Of a stretch of 64,000 nt of DNA, positions 1 to 22,078 are shown one piece after another. The notes under the pieces were generated by a model. The model did not search any database and had not been told where the DNA came from. It was given only the letters and a program-made list of their open reading frames with translations. The stretch lies in the NCBI RefSeq assembly GCF_009914755.1, contig NC_060941.1; one strand, written 5' to 3'. The stretch's first letter is position 1. Every line of letters begins with the position of its first letter. The translations under genes and the position numbers were made by a program. Origin of the DNA: the human T2T-CHM13v2.0 reference genome, Homo sapiens.

Positions 1-217
1 ATCTGATGGTTTATACGTGTTTGACAGTTCCTCCTTCACATGCTCTCTCCCCTGTCGCCTTGCGAAGAAGGATGTGTTTGCTTCCCCTTCCGCCATGATT
101 GTAAGTTTCCTGAGGCCTCCCCAGTCACGCAGAACTGTAGGTCAATTAAACCTCTTTCGTTTATAAATCACCCAGTCTCAGGTGTTTCTTTACAGCAGTG
201 TGAAAACGGAGTAATAC
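1..217 (+). mobile_element. MaLR LTR (THE1/MST family), 3' part
   Basis: Contains cttccccttccgccatgattgtaagtttcctgaggcctcccc, ATTAAA and a terminal taatac typical of THE1/MST LTRs. Confidence 0.85.
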
Positions 218-338
218 GCTACTATTTGTTCAGTTTTATAGATGAGGAAGCTGAGCCTCAAAGAGGTGAAGGAATAACTAGAAAGAGGTAGAACTGAGGC
301 TCTGAGCAGGAAGGTCTAACTGCAAAGCCACGTACTTG

Positions 339-1165
<827 letters not shown>

Positions 1166-1873
1166 CTAGAGTCCTACTTCCTGTTCTAAACACCCGGCCT
1201 GGCTTCAAGGCCCTGAATAAGCCAGAGTGATAACTCTGTGCCCCCTCTTAGATTTCTGGCCGCTCTCAGGCCACCCCTCCTGCTCCCTTCAGCCTGGCCA
1301 CCCTTGACCCTTCCCGCTTTGCGGCCCCTCCCCTGCAACGCCCTCTCTACCCTCTGTCTCCACCCTAAGGTCAAGTCTCCCTTCTCCCTGGAGATTTCCT
1401 CGACCCTAGCCTGCCCCAGACTCGTGCCTGTTTTCCCGCCCACGTGGAGCTCTCATCATTTCCTGAGTAAAAGTGAACTTCCCGACTCAGCCGCAAGTGC
1501 CTCGAGAGCAGAGACCCATCGTCCACGTCCTTCTCACTTTCCAGACAGGCACTGGCATCAACGCTAACTGTTCACAGACTCCTCCACAGGCCCATTTTCT
1601 ATGCGATTCTGTTGTTTCCTGAATCCTCAAACCCAAAGACTAAATGAACCTCCAGAGGGGACCAGGCCAGAGAGAGCCTGGCTGGAGCTGGACTTCTCTC
1701 CTCTCTGCAGATGAAGCAGCGGCCGAAATGAAATGCAGAGTCCGACCCCCACCTGCTGCTCCAGCGGGGATATCAGGTGTCATCTGTTTCTTTCTTTTGC
1801 ATTCTCAGTGGATACCATGTTGCACGAAATCTGTGGCTGCTTTTGTTTCCCAATAACAACAAATAAAGACTAG

Positions 1874-4548
<2,675 letters not shown>

Positions 4549-6568
4549 TCACTGAACCCTGCACCATTTGCAGATTTACTGAATCGAGAGCCAATTCTGA
4601 CACAGTTTCTTTCAAGACGATCTACCTCACGGGTGTGCGAAATTTATTTGAGATAAAGAAAACCACTACAGAGAGAGCACAATCTTCAAAGCCCACCCCT
4701 GAGACCAGAAATAAATAAAAACAGTAGCCCATACAAATACTTGGGAGCCGTGAGAAACGCCATCCCTGCAGAGAGCAGGTCTTTAAGGCAATCTTCTTGA
4801 ACTCTATTCAGCACTCACTCAAAATGCCTTTTAAAAATAACATATGATTTTCCTCCCTCTCCAAATGCACCCTTGTTCTTTCTCTTTCAGGTAAGAATGA
4901 GCCAGCTCTGGAGTGAGAAAGGCAGTCACTCATGTTGATAGGCAATGATGGACTATGTTCCCAGGAGGGCAAATCCCAAAGCCAAACAATAGCCCAGGGC
5001 TACAGGAGTCTTGCTGAGCCACGAGAAGGCCCAGGGGCAGGGGGCTGGCCCCAGGGGTCTTCACTCAACCCTAGAAGGTCAAGGTTCCAGAGACCAGGCT
5101 CCTCTCTGAAGAGGTGTCGGCCCATGGCCTGGTCTGGGTTCAAATAATGAACACTTTCCCCAGATGGAGATTTGATTCCCTGTGAGAAGTCTCAGTTTCA
5201 CTGTAAGGTTTGCTAAGAATGAAAGGATCTTCTCTCTGCATGAGGTTGAGGGAGTTACAAAGAGGTTTAAGTAGTGTTGGTGCTGCAGAAGGAAACGGGA
5301 CCCACATCCTGGCCCTGCCACTCAGCAGCAGTGTGACTTTGGGCAGGTGGATTGGCCTCCTTGAGCCTCAGTTTCTGAGCTACAGTGGGGTACTTCCCAG
5401 GGCTGTTGGGAGGCCGTGCAGTTTATCTGAGTACCTAGTTACAGTCCCTGAATCTAGGCAAAAACCACTGCAGTTGGGGCTCAAACCATTGCCCCACTCC
5501 TGGAAAGAGACCACCACCCAGCTCACGGGGCAGGGAGCCAGGGGTGACACTGTCCAGAGACAGCACAGGCCATGGTTAAAACTAAAGCCCGGTCTTTGGG
5601 TGGAACTCGGCTGGGACTCAACTTGTCATTTAGTGGCTATGTGCTCTTGGCCAAAGCCCTTAGCTTCTCTGAACCTCAGCGTCTGTATCTGTGAAATGGG
5701 AACATTGATAACATGAGATCAAATGAGCCAGTCCAGGTACAGTGCTTAGCTAGTGCCTGGCTCGGAGTAAGTGCTTATTTTGTTACCATTGTGGCCTCTC
5801 AGATCAGACTCCCTGTGCTACCATTTAATCACATTTTGTTTCTTTGTATTTATTTTTACAGTTAGTTTCTGTTTATGGCAGGTGATAGATACTCTGCCTC
5901 TCCACTTAAAGATGCCGTATCCAGTTTCCTTTTAAAATACATTTATCTAAGTGAAAATGGGTCAATCTACGGAAGAAAACAGAAGTGCAAAAATAGTGCA
6001 GGTGTGCACAGACGGGCGAGACGCTGGGAAGGTGCGAGGCAGAGACTAGAGTCTGGGGAACACCCAGGCAATAGAAAGGCAGAGTCAGGCCCGAGAGCGC
6101 CCCGCACCCACCCCACGGCCACCCCAAGGTCGTTCCACCCCAAGGTCAGTCCAAGGCCAGCAACGGCGGTGGTGACCCTGACGACCTTGGAGCCTGCCCT
6201 TCCCCACCTTCGGGGTTCTCCCTGGATCCACCACCTCGTCTCAGGCGGAGGTCCCCATCCCCCTGAGGATGACTTTCCCCAAACAAGAGCGGGGTCGAGA
6301 GCCGCCCAGTGCCGCCCCCCACCCCGCCCGCCGGCCTGGGGTGTCTGGGACCCAGGAACCACCCGCGGCTGGGAGACCTGGGGCGGCCTGGCCAGAGACC
6401 GCGGGGCCTGGGGCTGGGGGAGGGGAGCGGTAAGTGGGGGCGGGAGGAGGTCCCTTTGCAGAGGGAAACCAATGTCATCCGTCTCCAACTTCTGAGGAGA
6501 GACCCGGAGCAGCCAGCAGATTAAAAACCCCATCCCGGCCCTCACCGAGGTGTTACAACTCTGTCCCA

Positions 6569-6581
6569 GTTGCCTGGCAAC
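6569..6581. promoter_or_regulatory. RFX X-box GTTGCC-T-GGCAAC
   Basis: Perfect inverted half-sites matching GTNRCC(N0-3)RGYAAC. Motif only, binding not shown. Confidence 0.65.
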
Positions 6582-6667
6582 CGCGCAGGTGTGTGATAGG
6601 GCGAGCGGCGCTCCCGGGAGCCAACCAGCGGCCGCGGGCCGCCCGGGTGGGAGCCGGGGTCGGGGGC

Positions 6668-6860
6668 GCATCCTGCATCCTGCACCCCGCATCCCGCACC
6701 TGCATCGGAGCCCCGCGTCCCGCACCCCGCACCCTGCACCCTGGATCCTGCATCCTGCACCCCGCACCCCTCATCCCGCATCTTGCACCCCGGATCCCGC
6801 ACCCCGCATCCTGCACCCCGCATCTCTCACTCCGCATCCGGCACCCCGCAGCTGCACGCA
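6668..6860. repeat. Degenerate heptamer tandem repeat (GCAYCCY)n, about 26 units
   Basis: Reads gcatcct gcatcct gcacccc gcatccc and continues in that pattern. Confidence 0.9.
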
Positions 6861-7796
6861 CCGCAACCCTCCCGCGGCCCCGCCTCCTGCACTCTCGGGG
6901 AGGGAGGAACCGCCATTGCCTGTGGGGGTCAAGGTTGGGGCGGCTGCCAGGCCCTGCTGGGCTGCATTTAACCCCAGGGTGCTCCTGCCGCCTCTGCTGT
7001 CTCCAGGCGTCGCATCACCGGCCTTGAAATCAGTGGCCAAGAGCCCCGACCCGTGCAAGCGGCCTCCAGGGTCCCCACCCCACTGGGATCCAAACCCAGC
7101 ACTTCAGGGGAACCCAAGAATGGGGACGGGAGGCACCTCCCTCTCCAGGACCTGGGCTCTGCTTTGGGCCACACATACACCTTCTCCTGTCCCCAGAGGA
7201 CGGGCTCGTGGAGCAGAAGCCTTTAGAGGAGAGGCTTGGCCGACCGTCCGCAACAGCCATCCAGGCGGAAGCGCCCAGGTGGGCTCTGCAGCCGGCCTCC
7301 CAGCAACAGCAGCCAAGAATAGTGGCCAACAGCTCTTGCTTGGAATTAGGCTGCGTTTGGATCCCAGCCGGTGACTGTGTGACCTTTAGCCAGTCTTGCA
7401 ACCTCTCAGTTTGCTCATCCGGAAAATGGGGGGGTGGAGGGTGGGCTGCTGTGCGGATTCAGTGAGGTAGTGCGCACGGAGCATGGAGCGTGGTGCTTAG
7501 CAAATAGCCCTCCATTCAGCTCAGAGAAAGAAATGGTTCCTTTGGGAACTGGAAGCTGTTGCCATTAGGCACAAGTCCCAGAGTTGCTGCAGAGAATCCC
7601 AACACAGTGCTCCAAGCTCCCCACCACACCCCACTTCCAGTAACCTGTGCAGGGAACCTCTCAGAGGTAGGGCCCAGAGAAGGGTGGAGGGCCACCTGGC
7701 TTCCCCACGTGGTGGCTATGCCCAGATAGCAGAAGGTGTGGCCCCCTCATCTGCTGCCTCTTAGCACCATTTCCATCAATCCTAAAGAAACACTGA

Positions 7797-10200
<2,404 letters not shown>

Positions 10201-10583
10201 CCTAGAAATGAAGCTGACTCCATCTTGGTATTTTTTTCTTTGCATAACTCTGCTTTCCAGAGACTTTAGGGAAAGGGGACTGCTGGGCCTTCCCTCCCTT
10301 TTGCCCTGCGGCTGCCTCGTGTGCAGATTGGCTGTGCTGAGGTCTTCCCTCCCTCATGCCCTGTGGCTGCCTCGTGTGCAGATAGGCTGACCTGGTCCAC
10401 CCTGAGCAGCCTCACACGAGTCACTGCCTCCTTCCAGCTGAGCCTGCTCCAGCCTGAGCTGTGGCTGACGTGCTGGTACACACTGCCCTGGGAGCTGTGT
10501 GCCTCAGCCTGGACTGCTGTTCTCCCAGGAAGCTCTAGAACCCACAGTGCAGTGTCTGGGACACAGCTTGTACCCAACAAGCA

Positions 10584-10812
10584 CAGTCATGCATCACTTA
10601 ATGACAGGGTGTGTTCTGAGAAATGTATCATCAGACCATTTCACTGTGCAAACATCATAGAGTATACTTACAGAAATCTAGATGCTAGAGCCTACCGCAC
10701 ACCTAGGCTATATGGGATAGCCCACTGCTCCTAGGCTACAAACCTGCACAGCACGTGCCTGTGCTGAACACGGCAGGCAACTGTAACACAAGAGTGAGTA
10801 TTTATGTATTGA
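10584..10812 (+). mobile_element. Tigger3 (TcMar-Tigger DNA transposon) fragment
   Basis: cagtcatgcatcacttaatgacaggg...ttctgagaaatg...acacctaggctatatgg...ctcctaggctacaaacctg matches the recalled Tigger3 left end. Confidence 0.8.
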
Positions 10813-10816
10813 AACT

Positions 10817-13845
<3,029 letters not shown>

Positions 13846-15149
13846 TCACGCACTGCTCATTTCATTCTCTCAATGACCCTTTCAGGCAAATATACTTTGT
13901 TCCTTTTTAACTGATCATGAAACTCTCCTGTCAGGTGAAGGAACTTCCAGGAAGGTGTTTGGCAAGTGGTGGGGATTGGATTTGAACCTGGGCCTGCTGG
14001 ACTCCACAAGCCTGTGCTCCTGGCACAAAGGTGTTCACTCCCTGAGTGCCTGCACCAATGCCCTAGGTCCCCTCCTTCTTCTCACCTCCTCTGTCAACTC
14101 TGCCCGGAAATGTGGGCCTTCCCTCTACCTTTGGAACCTCTTGGGATCAAGCCACCTGCCTCCTACTCTCTGTCCCCAGGGCTCGCAAGCCGCCTGGCAG
14201 ATGGGAAACGAAGATCCCATTCCCATCCATCTGCATCAAATCCTACTGAGTCCACCCCCTCCTGGGTCCACTGCTTCACTGGGGGACAATTAATAGCTAT
14301 GGTTGATTACTGGACACTTATGCACGGAGGAACATAAACTGGGTTTACATTCCCGGCTTTAAAAGCCCAGATTAATCGCCCTGGGCTGGTTCTGTCACAC
14401 ATAGGGATATATTTTCTTCTTGGAATTTACAAGTAGTTCCATCTGAGAAATAAACAACCAGAGATAAAAATTACATTGTCACAGTACAGGTGTGACAGAT
14501 GTAGGAAGCCAGCCGTCTGGTGGCTGAGGAGGTGCTCTGCCAATGGAATCCACCAAATGAGCCCTGGAGGAGCCCCAGGTAAGGGGGATAGGATGCTGAT
14601 GGGATCTCAGCCACAGGGGAAGTGTGGAATCTCTGCAATTTGCATTTCATCACTGTAAATCACAGGGTTCCCAGGCCGGCCTCCAGAGCCAGGGTGAGAG
14701 GTTGATTGGCAGGAGACCTCCTCAAGCTGCCCCGCCTCTCAGCTGCAGGCCTCAGGAACCCCAGCCTTCAGGGACAGTAGGATGGCCCCAGCTAAGCAAC
14801 AAGCAGGAAGACACTTGCCTATAACCTTGACAGCTCTGTCTCCACCAAGACACGAACCACCTCTCTTGTCTCTACTGCTACTAGCAGAGAGGACTAGGCC
14901 CGTTGGTGGAAGAGAGCCATCTCCAGAAGGTCACAGGAAAACCAGGCGGGATCTGGGGTCCACAGAGTCATAATAACAATTAGCATCTCTTGAGTGCTTA
15001 CCAAGTGCTCGGCACCCTGTGAAGGACTCGGTGAGGATTATTGTGTATTAATCCTCATGACCACCCGATGAAGTAGGTATTATTATTAACCTCACTTTAC
15101 AGATGACAAAACTGAGGTGCACAGAGGTTAAGTGACTTGCCCAAGGTCC

Positions 15150-15545
15150 CTGGAGTGAATTGAATGGTGGCCCCCCAAAAGGATATGTCCACATCCATAT
15201 CCCTGGAGCCTGTGACCTTATTTGGAAAAAGGCGTCTTTGTCGATGTAATTAAGTTAAAGATCTTGAGATAAGATCATCCTGGATTACCCCAAAGGGCCA
15301 TAAATGCAATGACAAATTTCCTTATAAGAGACAGAAGAGGAGGAGACAGAGGGAAGCCACGTGAAGTCGGAGGCAGAGACTGGAGCGATGCAGCCACAGA
15401 GAACCCCCACGGCCCCCAGAAGCTGGAAGAGCCTTCGTGGGGTGCACAGTCCTGCCAACACCTTGATTTCAGATTTCTGGCCTCCAGAACTGTGAGAGAA
15501 TAAATTTCTCTGGTTTTAAACTAACGAGTTTGTTGTAATAGCCAT
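15150..15545 (+). mobile_element. MLT1 (MaLR) LTR adjoining a MIR (about 14975-15150)
   Basis: gtgaccttatttggaaa...gtaattaagttaa...ttctggcctccagaactgtgagagaataaatttc is diagnostic of MLT1. Confidence 0.85.
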
Positions 15546-16473
15546 TAAAAAAAAAAAATTCATAGCCAGGAGTCACAGAGCCAGGAGTCAGGTCCGGCAG
15601 GCTGACCCCAGACTCAGGCCCTGCCCCCCGACCCAGGCCCAGGCTCTGCCCACCACATGACACAATGCTCACAGGCTTCCAGGCCTGGGTTCCAGGCTTG
15701 GCTCTGCTGCAACTGAGCCGTGCGACCTTGAGGACATCTCTAAGCCGCAGCTTCCTTATCTGCAAAATGAGGGGGCTGGACAAGATAAGTGGGTGCCTTC
15801 GGGGCTGCCGCTGCGACAAGGGGACCAAGTGGGGTTCTGAGTAACGCAGGCAGGTGCGAAGGAGAAAGAAAAAAGGTTCAGCAAACCACCTGTAGGCAGC
15901 CATTTATTACAGGGAGTTTGGGCCACCCATGATATGTTCCCCTCCTTTTAGCCACAGAACCCTGCTTTTCCTTTGGGAGAGCCGGTCCCCTCCCCCAGCT
16001 CTCCACCCATGCGCCATGATAGAGCCAGCTCAGCCCCCACCTTCCGGAGTGGGCTCGTACCCAATCAACACCTGCTCCCAGGCCTCCATGACTGGTTCAG
16101 GGTTGAATTTGAGCCAATGTTATCAGGCCCACAACTTTCGTTCAAGCCTGTGGGGGAAGAGAAGTTCTCCTTTTCCGGGAGGAGGGACAGATGGAAACCT
16201 GGAGCTGCTGGATCCTTCTGAGAATGACGCCAACTCCGTGAAGCCATGCCAAGAAGCCAAGAAGGAGAAACCACGTCCGGAGACACCATGGGCTCAAGAT
16301 GCACCTGAGGACGAGGCTGTCTGTTTCATGAGCCTGTAAGATTCCCGCTCTGTCCCAGTGGTTTTGTTTCCGTCTTTTGTAACCAGAGTCTCACCCTTCA
16401 GGTCCCCAGGTCTGGCCATTTCCAAGGGTCCTTCTAGCTCTGAAGCAGTGTGATTTCACAGCCAACAAAATCA

Positions 16474-16896
<423 letters not shown>

Positions 16897-17090
16897 TCAG
16901 AAAAAAAGGAAAAAAAGGAAAAGAAGGAGGCCGGGCATGGTGGCTCACGCCTGTAATCCCAGCACTTTGGGAGGCTGAGGTGGGCAGATCACGAGGTCAA
17001 GAGATCGAGACCATCCTGGCCAATGGTGAAAACCCGTCTCTACTAAAAATACAAAAATTAGCTGGGTGTGCCTATAGTCCCAGCTACTCA

Positions 17091-17345
<255 letters not shown>

Positions 17346-17399
17346 TCAATGATGGAACATCCCTCCCCTCTCCAGAGGTGTCTCTCTCCACCGCATCCC

Positions 17400-18020
17400 T
17401 AGCACCCAGGAGTGTGCCTGAACCCCCTGATGTCTTAAATGCTTCCTGAAGGAATGGAGAAATGAATAAATGGATGCTGGATGCTGTAGGCACTTATAAC
17501 TGGGGGACCTGACCTCGTCTGGAAGGCTCAGGACCACTTCCCAAGGAAGCATCCTTTGAGCTGGGCTCTAGAAGAAGGGTAGGAATTGTCCAGGTAAGCA
17601 GGCTGAGGCAGGGGCAACATTACAGGCAGCACAGCCCAGGTACATGTGAGGAACAGAAAGAAAATAGTCAGCATGAGCGGACACTGGTGTGAGATGAGGC
17701 TGGAGGAGAGGCAGGGGCCAGATCTCATGAGGTCAGTTAAAAAGCCCTGTTAAAAACAGGGGCCCCTATTTCAAGAGCCGTGGGAAGCCACTAAAGGATT
17801 GTAAGCAATCAAAGTGATATGATCACATCGTGTTCCCTAACATCCCCTAATTGCGGCAAGGAGGCTGGAGACCAGAGAGTAATCTAGACCACCAATCAGG
17901 AGGCTACTGCAGTAGTCCAAGCAAGAGATGTAGGACCCTGGTTTAAGACGGTTAGCGGCGGCGGGGGAAACGGAGAGGAGGGGATGGAGGTAAAGGATGT
18001 GCAGGAGATGGACTCAACTG
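17400..18020 (-). mobile_element. L2 relic
   Basis: gggaagccactaaaggattgtaagca and ggaggctactgcagtagtccaagcaagagatg resemble antisense L2. Confidence 0.6.
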
Positions 18021-18422
18021 ATGGAAGATGACGAGGGAGAGGATGACTCAGTGGGTGCTCAGCACACAGCAAGCCAGATCCTGCACCGCCCTAGATTTGG
18101 ACACTTCTATTAATGTGGCCAAAAATTATAGAGGCTTTTTTTTTTTTGGAAGGCACATCAAACTTTCTGACTCACTGTGCTTGCAGGCAAATAAATGCTT
18201 CCTCATCATAACCCTTAATGGGACGAGAAGGCTCTACTGCGAGCACGCTGGAGGGGCCCTGGAGCCAGGGCCAGCTGCTGGATCACAGGCTTGAGAAGGG
18301 TGCTGGAGCATCACACTGGCTGAGAACAGAAAGCCGGGGAGTGGGGGTGTCATATGTTTTTTATTTATTTATTTTTATTTTTTGAGACAAAGTGTTGCTC
18401 TGTCGCCCAGGCTGGAGTGTAA

Positions 18423-18644
<222 letters not shown>

Positions 18645-18779
18645 TGAGCCACTGTGCCTGGCCTGAGTGTCATTTCAAGAAGGAGAAAGTATGCTTAAGC
18701 CTAGGAGTTCGAGACCAGCCCGGGCAAGACAGCAAGACCCTGTCTCTACAAAAAAAAACAAAACAAAAAACAAAGGTCA

Positions 18780-18870
18780 CGATAGTTTGTACAACAATGT
18801 GAGTGTGCTTAATGCCACAGAACTGTACACTTAAAATGATTACAATGGTAAATTTTGTTGTGTACATTAA
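18780..18870 (+). mobile_element. Old L1M 3'-end fragment
   Basis: acaacaatgtgagtgtgcttaatgccacagaactgtacacttaaaatg. Confidence 0.75.
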
Positions 18871-19040
18871 AAAACTTTTTTTTAATTATCAAGGATGCAT
18901 AGAATATTTGGGAAGCTGAGGCTGGAGGATCACCTGAGGCCAAGAGGTTGAGACCAGCCTGATCAACACGGTGAAACCCCATCTCTGCTAAAAATAAAAA
19001 ATTAGCCGGGCATGGTGGTGGGCACCTGTAATCCCAGCTA

Positions 19041-19280
<240 letters not shown>

Positions 19281-19291
19281 TCAGGAGTTCA

Positions 19292-19518
<227 letters not shown>

Positions 19519-20214
19519 TCAAGGCTAACAGAAGAAAGGAAGGAAGGGATTATCATGGAACTTTTTGAGTCCACTACAGATGCGCTTCTGAGTCAGAATC
19601 TTTTACAAAGCTGGGTTTTCCGTCTATCACACTGTTGTTTCGCTCTACCTCTTAAAGTCTCTCTGAGCTGTGTCTCCAAGAGAGGAGACGGTGTGCACAC
19701 AGCCCTGCACCCACCCTTTCCTGCATGTGTAGTGCTCCCCCTGCATAGCCACAATGGAGAAAATGAGAGCATCCAGGGAACGAGTCCCTCTCTAGGCGCA
19801 GAGAGCACCAACCCATGTGCAATTTGGATGCCTGACCTTGGCCAATTAGTACCTTGCTCAGTGTAACCAACCGAGTCGCAGATTCCATTCGATTCAGCAA
19901 ACATTTATCGAGCATCTCAGTGCCAGCTGATTTCTGTCTGTTCTATAAGTGCAATGGAGCTCAGCCTTCTCTCCAGATTAGAGTTATTTGTATTTCAAGG
20001 CAAAAAGATAGGTTTTAAGTACCTGTAAGAGGCGGTAATGGATGCCCCGGGGAAGGGTAGGCATAGGCTTGTAGGGAGGGAGAGGAGCTGAGAAAAGGCC
20101 TGAGAATCAGGGTGGTAGGACCGGGCTGGAAACGGAAGAAAAGGTGGACTGAGAAGCCAGATAAAGCCTGTGAGTTTGTTTTTTTTTGAACCTCCCCCAA
20201 CTTTCTTTTTAATC

Positions 20215-20690
20215 GAAAAGATAATACATGCACATAGTAAAAAAAAAAAAAAAAACAAAAAAAAACTTCAAAGAACACAAAAGGGTATACAATAAAAAGT
20301 AAGTCTCCTTTCCTCTCCCAGACCTCCAGGCCCCAGTTTCTTTCTTCAGAGGTATCCTACTGTTAACAGTTTCTTTTGTGTATTTCCAGAAAATTTCTAT
20401 CACATACAAGCATGTCTTTTTAGAACCCAAATGGTAGCGCCATGTATTACCACTGCTTTTTCACTTTGCAAGGTAGCTTGGCATCCACCCCATCTCAGTG
20501 CACACAGAGTCACCCATTCCTCGCAGCGGAAAATCCCATCGCACGGGGGTGTTGTCATCTACCCAGTGGATCCCCTCCTGATGGACAAGTAGGTTGTTTC
20601 CAGTTTCTGAACTTGCATGCTCCCACATGCGCATTTCTGCCCACAGATACAAGGGTAGCAGTAGATCAATTCCTGGAAGTGGAATTGCTC
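20215..20690 (-). mobile_element. L1ME-like 3' fragment
   Basis: gatggacaagtaggttgtttccagttt and ttcctggaagtggaattgct resemble antisense L1ME. Confidence 0.6.
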
Positions 20691-21682
20691 TATTTACGGA
20701 GCTGTAACTGACTCTGACTGAGAAGTCCAGGGAGAGCTATGTCTCCAGAAGAGGAGAGACGTGTACTGAGCCCCACGCCCACCCTCCTTCCTTGTACACA
20801 CAGTCCCCCAGATCCTTCATGACATGGGCCACGTAGGAGCAAGGGTTGGACTGCATGCAGAAAAAGAGTCCTCGTGCCGGGCGCAGTGGCTCACGCCTGT
20901 AATCCCAGCACTTTGGGAGGCCGCGGCGGGTGGATGACGAGGTCAGGAGAACGAGACCATCCTGGCTAACACGGTGAAACCCCATCTCTACTAAAAATAC
21001 AAAAAATTAGCCGGGCGTGGTGGCGGGCGCCTGCAGTCCCAGCTACTTGGGGGGGCAGGAGAATGGCGTGAACCCGGGAGGCAGAGGTTGCAGTGAGCCA
21101 AGATCGCGCCACTGCACTCCAGCCTGGGTGACAGAGCGAGACTCTGTCTCAAAAAAAAAAAAAAAAAAAGAAAAACGAAAAAAGAAAAAGAGTCCTTCTC
21201 TGGGTTCAGAGAGAACCAACTTGTGTGGCTGGGGACTCAGTTGGGGACAAAGAGCCGCCCCCTCCCCCAGTTGGGGCTAAGAGCATGTAGAGGGATTGAA
21301 GCTTAAGGATACAGTGCCTGGCACGCAGTGACTGCTCCATCAGCATGACCTATTGTGGGTATTATTATTATCGCTGTTGTGATCCAGAGGGAGCCTGTCT
21401 CGCGGGTGGCTGGGAAAGCTCCCTGTGCTGTTCTGTCCAAGAGTCCAGTTGATTCAAAGGCACTGAAGTGGGAGCCTGCTCAGCTCTTGGAGCTGGATGA
21501 GAGCTGAGACAGGCAGTTCCCACTTAGCACAGCTTGGCATCTTCAACTCCCGGGCCTTTGCCAGTACCTAATAAACACCATACTCCATGCCTTGCCATCG
21601 TCGCCCACGTGTGTCCTACGCCTGCTGACGATGGCTGCCACAGCACACAGTCAGCATTTCACCCTGACACATGACTCTCTTA

Positions 21683-22078
<396 letters not shown>

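Larger units (their letters stand above)
5990..7300. promoter_or_regulatory. Intragenic CpG-rich island 1 (candidate enhancer or alternative promoter)
   Basis: Raised CpG density outside Alus; contains a palindromic X-box and the heptamer repeat. Confidence 0.7.

Noticed and set aside
5875-7401. Long overlapping ORFs (up to 274 aa) in CpG island 1
   Set aside because: They are low-complexity Pro/His/Arg products of the heptamer repeat and GC richness, open on both strands, with no recognisable domain.
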